From the NCBI GenBank assembly GCA_027624315.1, contig JAQBXX010000005.1:51-64050 (forward strand): 64,000 nucleotides of DNA, written 5' to 3'. Numbering within the stretch: position 1 is the first letter of the stretch; each line of letters starts with the position of its first letter. A program made the translations under genes and the position numbers. This document shows positions 34,587-46,110 of the stretch, in pieces. The DNA comes from Pseudomonadota bacterium. Its GTDB lineage: Bacteria > Pseudomonadota > Gammaproteobacteria > SURF-13. Below the pieces are notes generated by a model, which worked only from the letters and a program-made list of their open reading frames with translations, had not been told where the DNA came from and did no database searches.

Positions 34587-34662
34587 CAGTGGCGAGTAGC
34601 TAGTAGCTAGTAGCGAGTATGAGTGTTTTTCCTCGCCACTCGTCACTAGCCACTCGCAACTG
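34587..34662. repeat. Inverted array of heptamer repeats (AGTRGCK-type)
   Basis: AGTGGCG AGTAGCT AGTAGCT AGTAGCG AGT ... CGCCACT CGTCACT AGCCACT CGCAACT. Confidence 0.75.
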
Positions 34663-34681
34663 TTTTTATAGGAGAAAAGTT

Positions 34682-35848
34682 ATGTTGAGATGGGATGAAC
34701 CAGTTTCCGGCGCAGACCTAGCCGCGCACAATGGCGCGATGGCGGTTGCGAGGCCTGTGGTGCTGGAGGATGCACCCACTGTTGCCGCAAGTACGGGGGC
34801 GATAGGCGTGGAGAATCTGGAGATGGGCGCGTCGCGCATTCGCGTCGATGACAAGAAGATCATCAACTGCCGCGCCGACCTGAACCAGCTGGTGCCGTTC
34901 AAGTACACCTGGGCGTGGGACAAATATCTTGCCGCCTGCACCAACCACTGGATGCCGCAAGAGATCAACATGTCCGCCGACATCGCGCTGTGGAAAGACC
35001 CGCACGGGCTCACGCCCGATGAACGCACCATCATCAAGCGCAGTCTGGGCTACTTCTCCACCGCGGATTCGCTGGTGGCGAACAACCTGGTGCTGGCGGT
35101 GTACCGTCACATCACCAATCCCGAATGCCGCCAGTACCTGCTGCGTCAGGCCTTCGAGGAGGCGCTGCATACCCACGCCTACCAGTACGTCATCCAGAGC
35201 CTGGGCATGGATGAGGCCGAGATATTCAACATGTACCGCGAAGTGCCGAGCGTGCACGACAAGGCCGCGTTCAGTCTGCCCTTCACGCAGGAGTTGTGTG
35301 ACCAGAACTTCAAGACCGGTACGCCGGAGGCCGACCAGCGCCTGCTGCGTAACCTGATTGGTTTCTACGTGATCGTGGAAGGCATCTTCTTCTACGTCGG
35401 TTTCGTGCAGATGCTTTCCTTCGGGCGGCGTAACAAGATGATCGGGGCCTCCGAACAGTTCCAGTACATCCTGCGCGATGAATCCATGCACATGAATTTC
35501 GGCATCGACGTCATCAACCAGATCAAGTTCGAAAATCCGCACCTGTGGACGACGGAATTCTGCGACGAGATCGCCGCGCTGATCCGCGCCGCCGTGGAAC
35601 TGGAGTACCGCTACGCGGTGGACACCATGCCGTGCGGCGTGCTGGGCTTGAATGCCGCCATGTTCAATGACTACCTGAAGTTCATTGCCAACCGCCGCTG
35701 CGCTCAGATCGGTCTGCCGGAGCAATACCTAGGCGCCAGCAACCCCTTCCCCTGGATGAGCGAGGTGCTCGACCTCAACAAGGAGAAGAACTTCTTCGAG
35801 ACGCGCGTCATTGAATACCAGACCGGCGGCGCGTTGAGCTGGGATTAG
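34682..35848 (+). CDS. nrdB: Ribonucleoside-diphosphate reductase beta subunit
   Basis: [19 protein letters not shown] (radical Tyr present), EGIFF, RDESMH, NFFETRV; AGGAG RBS before ATG 34682. Confidence 0.97.
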   Translation: MLRWDEPVSGADLAAHNGAMAVARPVVLEDAPTVAASTGAIGVENLEMGASRIRVDDKKIINCRADLNQLVPFKYTWAWDKYLAACTNHWMPQEINMSADIALWKDPHGLTPDERTIIKRSLGYFSTADSLVANNLVLAVYRHITNPECRQYLLRQAFEEALHTHAYQYVIQSLGMDEAEIFNMYREVPSVHDKAAFSLPFTQELCDQNFKTGTPEADQRLLRNLIGFYVIVEGIFFYVGFVQMLSFGRRNKMIGASEQFQYILRDESMHMNFGIDVINQIKFENPHLWTTEFCDEIAALIRAAVELEYRYAVDTMPCGVLGLNAAMFNDYLKFIANRRCAQIGLPEQYLGASNPFPWMSEVLDLNKEKNFFETRVIEYQTGGALSWD

Positions 35849-35964
35849 ATTAGTGAGGGACTTGTACCAGGAAGCAGTCAAGCAAGCAGATAGTGCCTGC
35901 TCGGTTGTTTTCTGGTTAAGTGCTGTACCCGTAGCTGTTAACGTAAATCCAGAAGGAGGACTGT

Positions 35965-36039
35965 ATGCCAGTTAAAAAATCCAAAGCCAAGCCAAAGACG
36001 AAAGCCAAAAAGTCCGCGGTGAAGAAGAAAAGAAGATAG
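35965..36039 (+). CDS. 24-aa Lys-rich peptide (minimal histone H1-like protein)
   Basis: AAGGAGG RBS, then MPVKKSKAKPKTKAKKSAVKKKRR-stop, then a terminator; too short for the ORF track. Confidence 0.7.
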   Translation: MPVKKSKAKPKTKAKKSAVKKKRR

Positions 36040-36046
36040 GGCCATT

Positions 36047-36078
36047 TCAGGCAAGGTGGGGCAGCTCACCTTGCCTGA
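36047..36078. terminator. Hairpin terminator between convergent genes
   Basis: TCAGGCAAGGTGGG-gcag-CTCACCTTGCCTGA followed by TTTT. Confidence 0.75.
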
Positions 36079-36087
36079 TTTTCGCCA

Positions 36088-37380
36088 TTACTCGGCGGGT
36101 TTTTCTGCCGTTGCGCTTTCCGTTCCCGGCAAGGCACCGATCTTTAATGTCTTCACCGCGTTGGCGGTGGTCTGGATGATTTCAATCATGTAGTCAGCGA
36201 TGCACAGACTCGTGCCGGGCTCGGGAATCGCCTCCAGATAATCCAGAATCAGCCCGTTCAGGGTCTTGGGGCCGTCGGTGGGGAGCTGCCAGTGCAGTAC
36301 GCGGTTGAGATCGCGGATGTTGACGCCGCCGTCCACCAGATAGGTGCCGTCGTCCTGGCGGCGGATTTCCTTGATGCTGGCGGAGGGGTCGGTGGTGAAT
36401 TCGCCCACGATCTCCTCAAGAATGTCCGCCAGCGTCACCAGCCCCTGAATATCGCCGTACTCGTTGACCACGAGTCCGACGCGCTGTTTCTGGCGCTGAA
36501 AGTTCAGCATCTGCGTGTTGAGCGGCGAACTCAGCGGCACAAAATAGGGTTCCTGCGTCACATTGACCAGCGCCTCCTTATTGAATTCGCCGCGCGCCAG
36601 CAGGTGCAGGGCGTCACGCAGGTGCAGCATGCCAATCACGTTTTCAATGCCGCCGCGGTGCACCACGAGCCGGGTGTGCTGGCTGCTCGTGATCTGATTG
36701 ACGATGTCATCCCACTCATCATCGAGATCGATGCCCGCGATCTCGTTGCGCGGGATCATGATATCTTCCACCGTAACCTTCTCCAGATCGAGGATGCTGA
36801 GCAGCATCTTCTGGTGCCGGCGCGGGATCAGGGCGCCGGCCTCGTTGACCACGGTGCGCAGTTCTTCATGGCTTAAATGATTTCTTTCACCCGCTTCGAT
36901 AGAAATCCCCAGCAGCCTCAGCACGCCATTCGAGAGGGTACTCACCAGCCATACCACCGGATAAAACAGCTTGAGCAGGGGGCGCAGCACATAGGCGGCC
37001 GGGAAGGCGACACGTTCCGAGTAAAGCGCACCGAGCGTCTTGGGCGCTACGTCGGTGAAGATTGTCCCTGCGATGGTAAGCAGAGCCACCGCGACAGCGG
37101 CACCCACATCGCCCAGCAGTTGCAGACCGATAATGGTTGCGACGGCGGTGGCCAAATTGTTGGCGAAGTTATTGCCCAGAATCAGCAGGCCTATCAGGCG
37201 GTCGGTACGCTGCAACAATGCCTGCGCATGCATGGCCCCGCGATGCTTGATGTTCACCAAGTGCCGCAGGCGGTAACGGTTGAGGGTGAGCAAGCCGGTT
37301 TCGGAGCCGGAGAAAAACGCCGCCAACAGGATCAACAGCACCAGAGCCCCGAACAGGGCGCTTAACGGGATATCATTCAT
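36088..37380 (-). CDS. HlyC/CorC family (CNNM-CBS-CorC) transporter, YfjD/CorB-like
   Basis: FFSGSET, LGNN, APKT, CBS pair, EYGDIQGLVTLADILEEIVG, GPKTLNG. Confidence 0.92.
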   Translation of the reverse strand: MNDIPLSALFGALVLLILLAAFFSGSETGLLTLNRYRLRHLVNIKHRGAMHAQALLQRTDRLIGLLILGNNFANNLATAVATIIGLQLLGDVGAAVAVALLTIAGTIFTDVAPKTLGALYSERVAFPAAYVLRPLLKLFYPVVWLVSTLSNGVLRLLGISIEAGERNHLSHEELRTVVNEAGALIPRRHQKMLLSILDLEKVTVEDIMIPRNEIAGIDLDDEWDDIVNQITSSQHTRLVVHRGGIENVIGMLHLRDALHLLARGEFNKEALVNVTQEPYFVPLSSPLNTQMLNFQRQKQRVGLVVNEYGDIQGLVTLADILEEIVGEFTTDPSASIKEIRRQDDGTYLVDGGVNIRDLNRVLHWQLPTDGPKTLNGLILDYLEAIPEPGTSLCIADYMIEIIQTTANAVKTLKIGALPGTESATAEKPAE

Positions 37381-37456
37381 AGGCTCTTAAGTTGAGTGGC
37401 AAGTGATTTTTTCAAGACCGGCCGCCGCAGCGGTCGCGGCTGCCGACGTTGAGAGA

Positions 37457-38266
37457 TCAGCGTCCAAGCATGACTTCCAGCACCAGTTTGGTGCCGGAGT
37501 AGGCGAGCATCAGCGCAAAAAACCCGGCCAGCGTCCAGCGTATGGCGGTGCGTCCGCGCCAGCCGAAACGCCAGCGCCCCCACAACAGCGTGGCGAATAC
37601 AATCCAGGCGAGAAGGGAGAGAATGGTTTTGTGCGCGAGATGCTGGGAGAAAATATTTTCCAGAAACAGAGCGCCGCTCAGCAAGGCCAGGCTGAGCAGC
37701 GCAAAACCGACCCAGATAATCTGGAACAGCAGGTCTTCCATGGTCTGCAACGGCGGCAGCGCGCGGATGAATCCGCCGGGATGTTTGTGGCGCAGATGCG
37801 CATCCTGGATGGCAAACAGCCCCGCCTGCACCGCGGCGATGCCAAGCAGGCTGTAGGCGAGAATCGAGATCAGGATATGCAGGTCCAGCCCCTTGAAGCC
37901 ATTGCTCGTCGCGAGCAGATGATGGCTGGGGAATACGCTTCCGAGCAGCAGGGTGAGTGCCGCCAGCGGCAACAGCCCGATGCCGAGATTTTCCACCGGT
38001 TTGACGAGCGCGGTGAGCAGCAGTAGCAGTGCAATGAGCCACCCGATCAGCGAGGTGGCGTTGAAAAAGCCGAGATTCAGCCCATCGGGTGTGATGATCC
38101 AGCGATACAGTTCGGAGGCGTGCAGGCCCGCCGCTACCAAGCCCAGGGCGATCAGCCCCAGCTTGACGGACTGTGTCGTGGCCGCACGCGACAGGCGCAG
38201 GGCGAGCAACAGCCCGGTCACGAGATAGAGAATGATCGCAACTACACCGGTCATGCTGATATTCAT
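37457..38266 (-). CDS. ypjD: Cytochrome c assembly family inner-membrane protein (YpjD)
   Basis: LPPLQTME, HKTILS, GWRG, LAYSGTK; adjacent to the yfjD-like gene. Confidence 0.88.
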   Translation of the reverse strand: MNISMTGVVAIILYLVTGLLLALRLSRAATTQSVKLGLIALGLVAAGLHASELYRWIITPDGLNLGFFNATSLIGWLIALLLLLTALVKPVENLGIGLLPLAALTLLLGSVFPSHHLLATSNGFKGLDLHILISILAYSLLGIAAVQAGLFAIQDAHLRHKHPGGFIRALPPLQTMEDLLFQIIWVGFALLSLALLSGALFLENIFSQHLAHKTILSLLAWIVFATLLWGRWRFGWRGRTAIRWTLAGFFALMLAYSGTKLVLEVMLGR

Positions 38267-38420
38267 TAGGGCACCTCTAAAAATCCGCTAAAGCCACGAT
38301 GGCCCGTTGGAAGTGCGCTTAAAATGCGGGGCCGCGAAGCGGCAGACTACCTGTACACTGCGCTTTTTCGCGCATTTCCGCCTTGCCCTCGCGTCTTGAT
38401 CGAATTTTTAGACGCGCCTA
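38267..38420. mobile_element. Palindromic MITE-like element with nested GTAG-REP
   Basis: Ends TAGGGCACCTCTAAAAATCCG and CGAATTTTTAGACGCGCCTA; core GGGGCCGCGAAGCGGCAGACTAC is shared with 63466. Confidence 0.7.
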
Positions 38421-38458
38421 TTACTCATATAGTCTACGTTTTATGCTATTTTTTGTCC

Positions 38459-38905
38459 ATGAGCCAGAAGCCGCACCTTACCGTAGCCGCCGTGGTGGAG
38501 CAGGCAGGACGTTTTCTCATTGTGGAGGAAGAAGCCGATGGCCGGGTGGTGTACAACCAGCCCGCCGGGCATCTGGACGAGGGCGAGACGCTGGTGCAAG
38601 GTGTTGTCCGCGAAATGCTGGAGGAAACGGCGTGGAATTTTCAGCCCGAGGCCATCGTGGGCATTTACCGCTGGAGCAGCCCCGTCAACGGCGTTACCTA
38701 TGTGCGCGTGTGTTTCCGCGGCCGCTGCCACGGGCATGAGCCTGAGCGTGCGCTGGACAGCGGTATCCTGCGCGCACTCTGGCTGACGCGCGACGAGGTG
38801 CGCGCGCTCGGCCATCAGTTGCGCAGTCCCATGGTGTTGCGTTACATTGATGATTATCTCGCGGGCATGGCCTATCCGCTCAGTCTGATTACTGAACTGG
38901 CATAG
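38459..38905 (+). CDS. nudJ: NUDIX hydrolase NudJ
   Basis: KPHLTVAAVVE, NQPAGHLDEGE...REMLEET, LRSPMV; upstream of mnmA. Confidence 0.88.
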   Translation: MSQKPHLTVAAVVEQAGRFLIVEEEADGRVVYNQPAGHLDEGETLVQGVVREMLEETAWNFQPEAIVGIYRWSSPVNGVTYVRVCFRGRCHGHEPERALDSGILRALWLTRDEVRALGHQLRSPMVLRYIDDYLAGMAYPLSLITELA

Positions 38906-38984
38906 GCGCCATGCGGTTTCGTGACAGCCTGATGCCGTTTATGTTGCCGTTACCGGTGTGGCAGAACGGCTGGGAGTCCACGCC

Positions 38985-39560
38985 ATGAGATATATCCGGC
39001 ACATGCTGGCGGCGGGCTGCTTACTCGTAGCGATACCTGTGCATAGCGCTCAGACTGCCGCTCCCGCGCCCGATGGATTTCCGGTGTGTTATAACTTCGA
39101 ATGCAGCAGACAACAAACTGTCACACTTGACGCGCAGCAGTGGCAGGCAATGCGCGCGCTGTTCACGCCGGCGGCAGGGTCGGCGGCAGAGGAGCGTGCC
39201 ATGATCCGCCGTGCCATTGCGCAGATGGAGGCCTTCGCCGGTGCACTCACCGGCACTTCCGACATCGGCGGCAACGTCGCGGGCGCGGGCCACCCGGGCC
39301 AGATGGACTGCATCGATGAGTCCACCAACACCACCACCTACCTCACGCTGCTGCAACAAGACGGCTTGCTGCGCTGGCACGCTGTGCGTGAGCGTGCACA
39401 GCGTGACAAATGGATCATTGATATCCACTGGACCGCGGTGATACGCGATACGGACAGCGGACAACTGTACGCCGTGGATTCCTGGTTTCTCGACAACGGC
39501 CAGCCGCCCTATATCCAGAAGCTGGCGGACTGGCTGAACAAGAAAGACTTTGATGAATAG
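38985..39560 (+). CDS. Exported conserved hypothetical protein (possible Cys-His-Asp hydrolase)
   Basis: Signal peptide, QMDCIDESTNT, HWTAVI, YAVDSW; GGGAG RBS. Confidence 0.75.
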   Translation: MRYIRHMLAAGCLLVAIPVHSAQTAAPAPDGFPVCYNFECSRQQTVTLDAQQWQAMRALFTPAAGSAAEERAMIRRAIAQMEAFAGALTGTSDIGGNVAGAGHPGQMDCIDESTNTTTYLTLLQQDGLLRWHAVRERAQRDKWIIDIHWTAVIRDTDSGQLYAVDSWFLDNGQPPYIQKLADWLNKKDFDE

Positions 39561-39602
39561 AGTTTTATTTTCCTCTCCCTCAGGTGGAGCTTATTTATTT
39601 CT

Positions 39603-39634
39603 CCCTCTCCCTTTGGGAGAGGGTAGGGTGAGGG
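39603..39634. repeat. CCCTCTCCC/GGGAGAGGG hairpin repeat
   Basis: CCCTCTCCC-ttt-GGGAGAGGG TAGGGTGAGGG ending 1 nt before the mnmA ATG. Confidence 0.7.
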
Positions 39635-39635
39635 C

Positions 39636-40718
39636 ATGCTACAGCGCGTAATGGTCGGCATGTCCGGCGGCGTGGATTCCTCCGTGGCCGCGTGGCTGTT
39701 GCTGCAGCAGGGCTATGAGGTGCACGGCTTGTTCATGAAAAACTGGGAGGGCGATGATGCCGACGAGCACTGCACCGCCGCCGCAGATTTTCAGGACGCC
39801 AAGGACGTCTGCGCGAAGCTCGACATCCCCCTGCACGCGGCGAATTTCGCCAGGGAGTATTGGGAGCGCGTATTCAGTTACTTTCTGGAGGAATACCGCG
39901 CCGGACGCACGCCCAACCCAGACGTACTGTGCAACAAGGAAATCAAGTTCAAGAGCTTTCTTGAGCACGCGCTGGTACTCGGTGCGGAGTTGATCGCTAC
40001 CGGCCACTACGCGCGCAGCGCGCAACGCCACGGCGTGTTTCACCTGCTGAAGGCGTGCGATCTCAACAAGGATCAGAGCTATTTTTTGCATACCCTGGGC
40101 CAGGCGCAGTTGGCGCGCACGCTGTTCCCGCTGGGCGAGTTGACCAAGCCGGAGGTGCGCGCCATCGCGGCAGAGCAGGGCTTCGTCAATTCCGCCAAGA
40201 AAGACAGCACCGGCATCTGCTTCATCGGCGAACGCAATTTCAAGAATTTTCTCTCACGCTATCTGCCCGCGCAGCCCGGCGAGATACGCAGCGTGGACGG
40301 TACACGGCTCGGCAAGCACGACGGCCTCATGTACTACACGCTGGGTCAGCGCCAGGGGCTGGGCATCGGCGGCCAGCACGGCGCGAGCGGCGATGCGTGG
40401 TACGTGACGGGCAAGGATATGGAAAACAATGTACTCATCGTCGCGCAGGGGCACGACCATCCCTCGCTTTACAGCCAGGGCCTGGCCGCGCATGATCTCT
40501 GCTGGGTGTCGGGCGCTGCGCCACAGACGCCGCTCTCCTGTGCGGCCAAGACACGTTACCGCCAGGTCGATCAGGCCTGCACGATTACTGAAATCAGGGA
40601 CGGCGTTTGCGAAGTGACGTTCGATGAACCGCAGTGGGCCGTAACGCCCGGCCAGTCCGTGGTATTTTATCAGGGCGAAGAATGCCTGGGCGGCGGCGTG
40701 ATCGAACAAGCAATGTGA
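39636..40718 (+). CDS. mnmA: tRNA 2-thiouridylase
   Basis: [43 protein letters not shown]. Confidence 0.98.
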   Translation: MLQRVMVGMSGGVDSSVAAWLLLQQGYEVHGLFMKNWEGDDADEHCTAAADFQDAKDVCAKLDIPLHAANFAREYWERVFSYFLEEYRAGRTPNPDVLCNKEIKFKSFLEHALVLGAELIATGHYARSAQRHGVFHLLKACDLNKDQSYFLHTLGQAQLARTLFPLGELTKPEVRAIAAEQGFVNSAKKDSTGICFIGERNFKNFLSRYLPAQPGEIRSVDGTRLGKHDGLMYYTLGQRQGLGIGGQHGASGDAWYVTGKDMENNVLIVAQGHDHPSLYSQGLAAHDLCWVSGAAPQTPLSCAAKTRYRQVDQACTITEIRDGVCEVTFDEPQWAVTPGQSVVFYQGEECLGGGVIEQAM

Positions 40719-40791
40719 AAAAAGCCGCTGCTGCATATCCCCCTTTTTAAAGGGGGTGGATCTTTAACATTCAGGATAAATACAGACAAAC

Positions 40792-41412
40792 ATGTCATCT
40801 CCTTATCGCAACCGAGCCCTTGCCCTCGCCGGAATCTTACAGGCCTGCCGCCTCGTACAGCAGGTGGCGCGCAAAAACATGGCTGACAACGTGGCGTTGG
40901 AAGCCAGCCTGGCGAGCGTGTTCAACATAGACGCAGACACTACCGAGGCCATCTACGGCGGGGTGGAGGGTGTGCGTCCGGGACTGAAAATATTGCAGGA
41001 ACAACTGGAAAAAAGCGGTGCGCCCCGAGACATCGAACTTACACGTTACGTCATTGGCGTCATGCACCTGGAGCGTCAGCTTGCCAGCCAGCCGGAGATG
41101 TTGGAACGCATACGCAAAGGCATCGAAAGTGCTGAACCGCAAAGGCAAGCGCTCGGTGCCGCCCACACTGATGTGATCGAGCAGCTAGCGGAAATCTACA
41201 GCGCGACAATCAGCACCCTGACGCCACGCATCATTGTGCAGGGCGAGGAAGGTTATCTCTCCAGCCCGGACAACGCCAACAAGGTGCGCGCACTGCTGCT
41301 CGCCGCCATGCGCTCGGCGGTGCTGTGGCGCCAGGTCGGCGGACGACGCTGGCAGTTATTGTTTGTGCGCGGTGCGTTGGCGCGTGAAGTGGCGGCGATG
41401 TTACAGGTGTAG
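40792..41412 (+). CDS. hflD: High-frequency lysogenization protein HflD
   Basis: ALALAGILQA, TISTLTPRIIVQG, RALLLAAMRSAVLWRQVGG. Confidence 0.93.
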   Translation: MSSPYRNRALALAGILQACRLVQQVARKNMADNVALEASLASVFNIDADTTEAIYGGVEGVRPGLKILQEQLEKSGAPRDIELTRYVIGVMHLERQLASQPEMLERIRKGIESAEPQRQALGAAHTDVIEQLAEIYSATISTLTPRIIVQGEEGYLSSPDNANKVRALLLAAMRSAVLWRQVGGRRWQLLFVRGALAREVAAMLQV

Positions 41413-41462
41413 GTCGGATCAAGCCTGTCCTGAGCGAAATCGAAGGGCGTAGAGGATCCGAC
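41409..41462 (+). repeat. REP-B copy with a 24-bp internal insertion
   Basis: GTAGGTCGGATCAAG[CCTGTCCTGAGCGAAATCGAAGGG]CGTAGAGGATCCGAC. Confidence 0.8.
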
Positions 41463-41468
41463 GAGCTG

Positions 41469-44024
41469 CTACGTTGCAGCCGTTATCTCTTTCTCAGCCG
41501 TCGCAACATACTCCGCCATCTGGTGGAAGTTGAGGTAGCGGTAAATGTTGTCCGACAGCGGTGCGATGCGGTGGGTGTAGTCCATGTATTCCTTCACGGT
41601 CGGGATGTGGCCGAGCTTGGCGGTGACGGCGGAGAGTTCCGCCGAGCCTAGATAGACGTTGGCCTCCTTGCCCATGCGGTTGGGGAAGTTGCGCGTGGAG
41701 GTGGACATGACGGTGGCGCCGTCACGTACGCGCGCCTGGTTGCCCATGCAGAGTGAGCAGCCGGGCACTTCGGTGCGGGCGCCGGCGCGGCCGAAGATGG
41801 CGTAGTAGCCTTCTTCGGTGAGCTGGTGTGCGTCCATGCGCGTGGGCGGCACGATCCACAGACGCACCGGCACTTCGCCGCCGTCTTCCAGAATCTTGCC
41901 TGCGGCGCGGTAGTGGCCGATGTTGGTCATGCACGAGCCGATGAATACCTCGTCCACGTGATCGCCCGCGACTTCCGACAGGGGCTTGATCTTGTCCGGG
42001 TCATTGGGGCAGGCGAGCAGTGGTTCCTTGATCTCGTTCATGTCGATCTCAACCACTGCGGCGTATTCGGCGTCCTTGTCGGCTTCGAGTAATTCCGGCT
42101 TGGCGAGCCACGCCTCCATCGCCTGGATGCGCCGCTCCAGCGTGCGCCGGTCTTCGTAGCCGGTGGCCATCATCCACTTCAACAGCGTGACGTTGGAGGT
42201 GAGGTATTCGATGATCGGCTCTTTATTCAGGCGCACGGTGCAGCCGTTGGCCGAGCGCTCCGCCGAGGCGTCGGCGAATTCAAACGCCTGTTCGATCTTG
42301 AGATCGGGCAATCCTTCAATCTCCATGACGCGCCCGGAGAAGACATTTTTCTTGCCCTTTTTGTCGAGCGTGAGCAAACCTTTTTGCAACGCGATATACG
42401 GAATGGCGTTCACCAGATCACGCAGCGTGATGCCGGGCTGCATCTTGCCCTTGAAGCGCACCAGCACCGACTCCGGCATGTTGAGCGGCATCACGCCGAG
42501 CGCGGCGGCGAAGGCGACGAGGCCTGAGCCTGCGGGAAAGCTGATGCCGATGGGAAAGCGCGTGTGTGAGTCGCCGCCGGTGCCGACGGTGTCGGGCAGC
42601 AGCATGCGGTTGAGCCACGAGTGGATGATGCCGTCGCCGGGGCGCAGCACCACGCCGCCGCGCGTACGGATGAAATCGGGCAGGTCATGCTGCAACTGGA
42701 TGTCGATCGGTTTCGGATAGGCCGCGGTGTGGCAGAAGCTCTGCATGACTAAATCCGCCGAGAAACCGAGGCAGGCGAGCTCCTTCAGCTCATCGCGCGT
42801 CATGGCGCCGGTGGTGTCCTGCGAGCCGACGGTGCTCATGCGCGGTTCGCAATAGGTGCCGGGGCGCATGCCTTTCACGCCACAGGCGCGCCCGACCATT
42901 TTCTGTGCCAGCGTGTAACCCTTGCCGCTGTCGGTCGTCGCCAGCGGGCGGATGAACAGGGGCGAGCAGTCCAGCCCCAGATGCTCGCGTGTCTTGTCGG
43001 TGAGTGCGCGGCCGATGATGAGTGGAATGCGTCCGCCTGCGCGCACTTCGTCGGGCAGGGTGATGGGCTTTAGCTCGAAGCGCGCAAGCTCTGCGCCCGT
43101 TTCACTGGTGATGCGCCCGGCGTGCGGATAAATCTTTATCACATCGCCAGTGTTCAGCTTGTCCACCGCGCACTCGATGGGCAAGCTGCCTGCATCTTCC
43201 GCCGTATTGAAAAAGATCGGCGCGATCTTGCCGCCCAGTATCACGCCGCCCTGACGCTTGTTCGGCACATAAGGCATATCGTGCCCCATATGCCACAGCA
43301 CGGAGTTGATGGCGGACTTGCGCGAGGAACCGGTGCCGACGACGTCGCCGACATAGGCCAGCGGGTGGCCTTTCTTTTTCAGCGCCTCGATGGTGCTGAG
43401 CGCGTCCGGCATTTTATTGGCAAGCATGCTCTTGGCATGCAGCGGGATGTCCGGGCGGCTCCACGCCTCCGAGGCGGGCGAGAGATCGTCGGTGTTGGTT
43501 TCGCCCGGCACCTTGAACACGGTGACGGTGATTTCATCGGCGAGTGGCGCGCGGTGCGTGAACCACACGGCGTCGGCCCACGACTGTAACACCTGCTGCG
43601 CATGGCGATTTGTTGCGGCCTTTTTAACCACGTCGTGATACGCGTCGAAGATCAGGAGCATAGTGGCGAGCGCCTGCGCCGCAGTGGGCGCAAGTTCTTC
43701 GTCATCCAGAAGATCGATGAGCGGATGGATGTTGTAACCGCCCAGCATGGTACCGAGCAGTTGCGTTGCCTGTGTGCGGGTGATGAGCGGGCTCGCCGTC
43801 TCGCCGCTGGCCACCGCAGCCAGAAAGCCGGCCTTCACATAGGCTGCCTGATCCACGCCCGGCGGCACACACTGGGTGACAAGCGCCAGCAAAAACTCGC
43901 CCTCATCGGCGGGCGGGTTTTTCAGTAGCTCGACCAGTTCGGCAGTTTGTCTGGCGTTGAGCGCGAGCGGCGGCAGGCCGTGTGCGGCACGCTCGGCGAC
44001 ATGAAGACGGTAGTTTTTCAGCAC
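41469..44024 (-). CDS. acnB: Aconitate hydratase B
   Basis: [46 protein letters not shown]. Confidence 0.98.
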   Translation of the reverse strand: MLKNYRLHVAERAAHGLPPLALNARQTAELVELLKNPPADEGEFLLALVTQCVPPGVDQAAYVKAGFLAAVASGETASPLITRTQATQLLGTMLGGYNIHPLIDLLDDEELAPTAAQALATMLLIFDAYHDVVKKAATNRHAQQVLQSWADAVWFTHRAPLADEITVTVFKVPGETNTDDLSPASEAWSRPDIPLHAKSMLANKMPDALSTIEALKKKGHPLAYVGDVVGTGSSRKSAINSVLWHMGHDMPYVPNKRQGGVILGGKIAPIFFNTAEDAGSLPIECAVDKLNTGDVIKIYPHAGRITSETGAELARFELKPITLPDEVRAGGRIPLIIGRALTDKTREHLGLDCSPLFIRPLATTDSGKGYTLAQKMVGRACGVKGMRPGTYCEPRMSTVGSQDTTGAMTRDELKELACLGFSADLVMQSFCHTAAYPKPIDIQLQHDLPDFIRTRGGVVLRPGDGIIHSWLNRMLLPDTVGTGGDSHTRFPIGISFPAGSGLVAFAAALGVMPLNMPESVLVRFKGKMQPGITLRDLVNAIPYIALQKGLLTLDKKGKKNVFSGRVMEIEGLPDLKIEQAFEFADASAERSANGCTVRLNKEPIIEYLTSNVTLLKWMMATGYEDRRTLERRIQAMEAWLAKPELLEADKDAEYAAVVEIDMNEIKEPLLACPNDPDKIKPLSEVAGDHVDEVFIGSCMTNIGHYRAAGKILEDGGEVPVRLWIVPPTRMDAHQLTEEGYYAIFGRAGARTEVPGCSLCMGNQARVRDGATVMSTSTRNFPNRMGKEANVYLGSAELSAVTAKLGHIPTVKEYMDYTHRIAPLSDNIYRYLNFHQMAEYVATAEKEITAAT

Positions 44025-44049
44025 GTGGTTGATCCTGGGTGCAAGAACG

Positions 44050-46097
<2,048 letters not shown>

Positions 46098-46110
46098 AAG
46101 GGACTGGAAA

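Noticed and set aside
31890-34646. 918-aa antisense ORF over nrdA, and similar long antisense ORFs over groEL, clpB, waaA and nrdB
   Set aside because: Shadow frames produced by high-GC codon bias; no recognisable motifs.
34588-34661. Short repeats considered as a CRISPR array
   Set aside because: Units are 7 bp with no spacers, and no cas genes are in the window.
34682-35848. Possible class Ic (tyrosine-less) NrdB
   Set aside because: The radical Tyr (HTHAY) and the first Asp ligand (STADS) are present, consistent with class Ia.
38324-38458. 45-aa N-terminal extension of NudJ in the ORF track
   Set aside because: It reads through the MITE; the NudJ-like sequence begins at ATG 38459.
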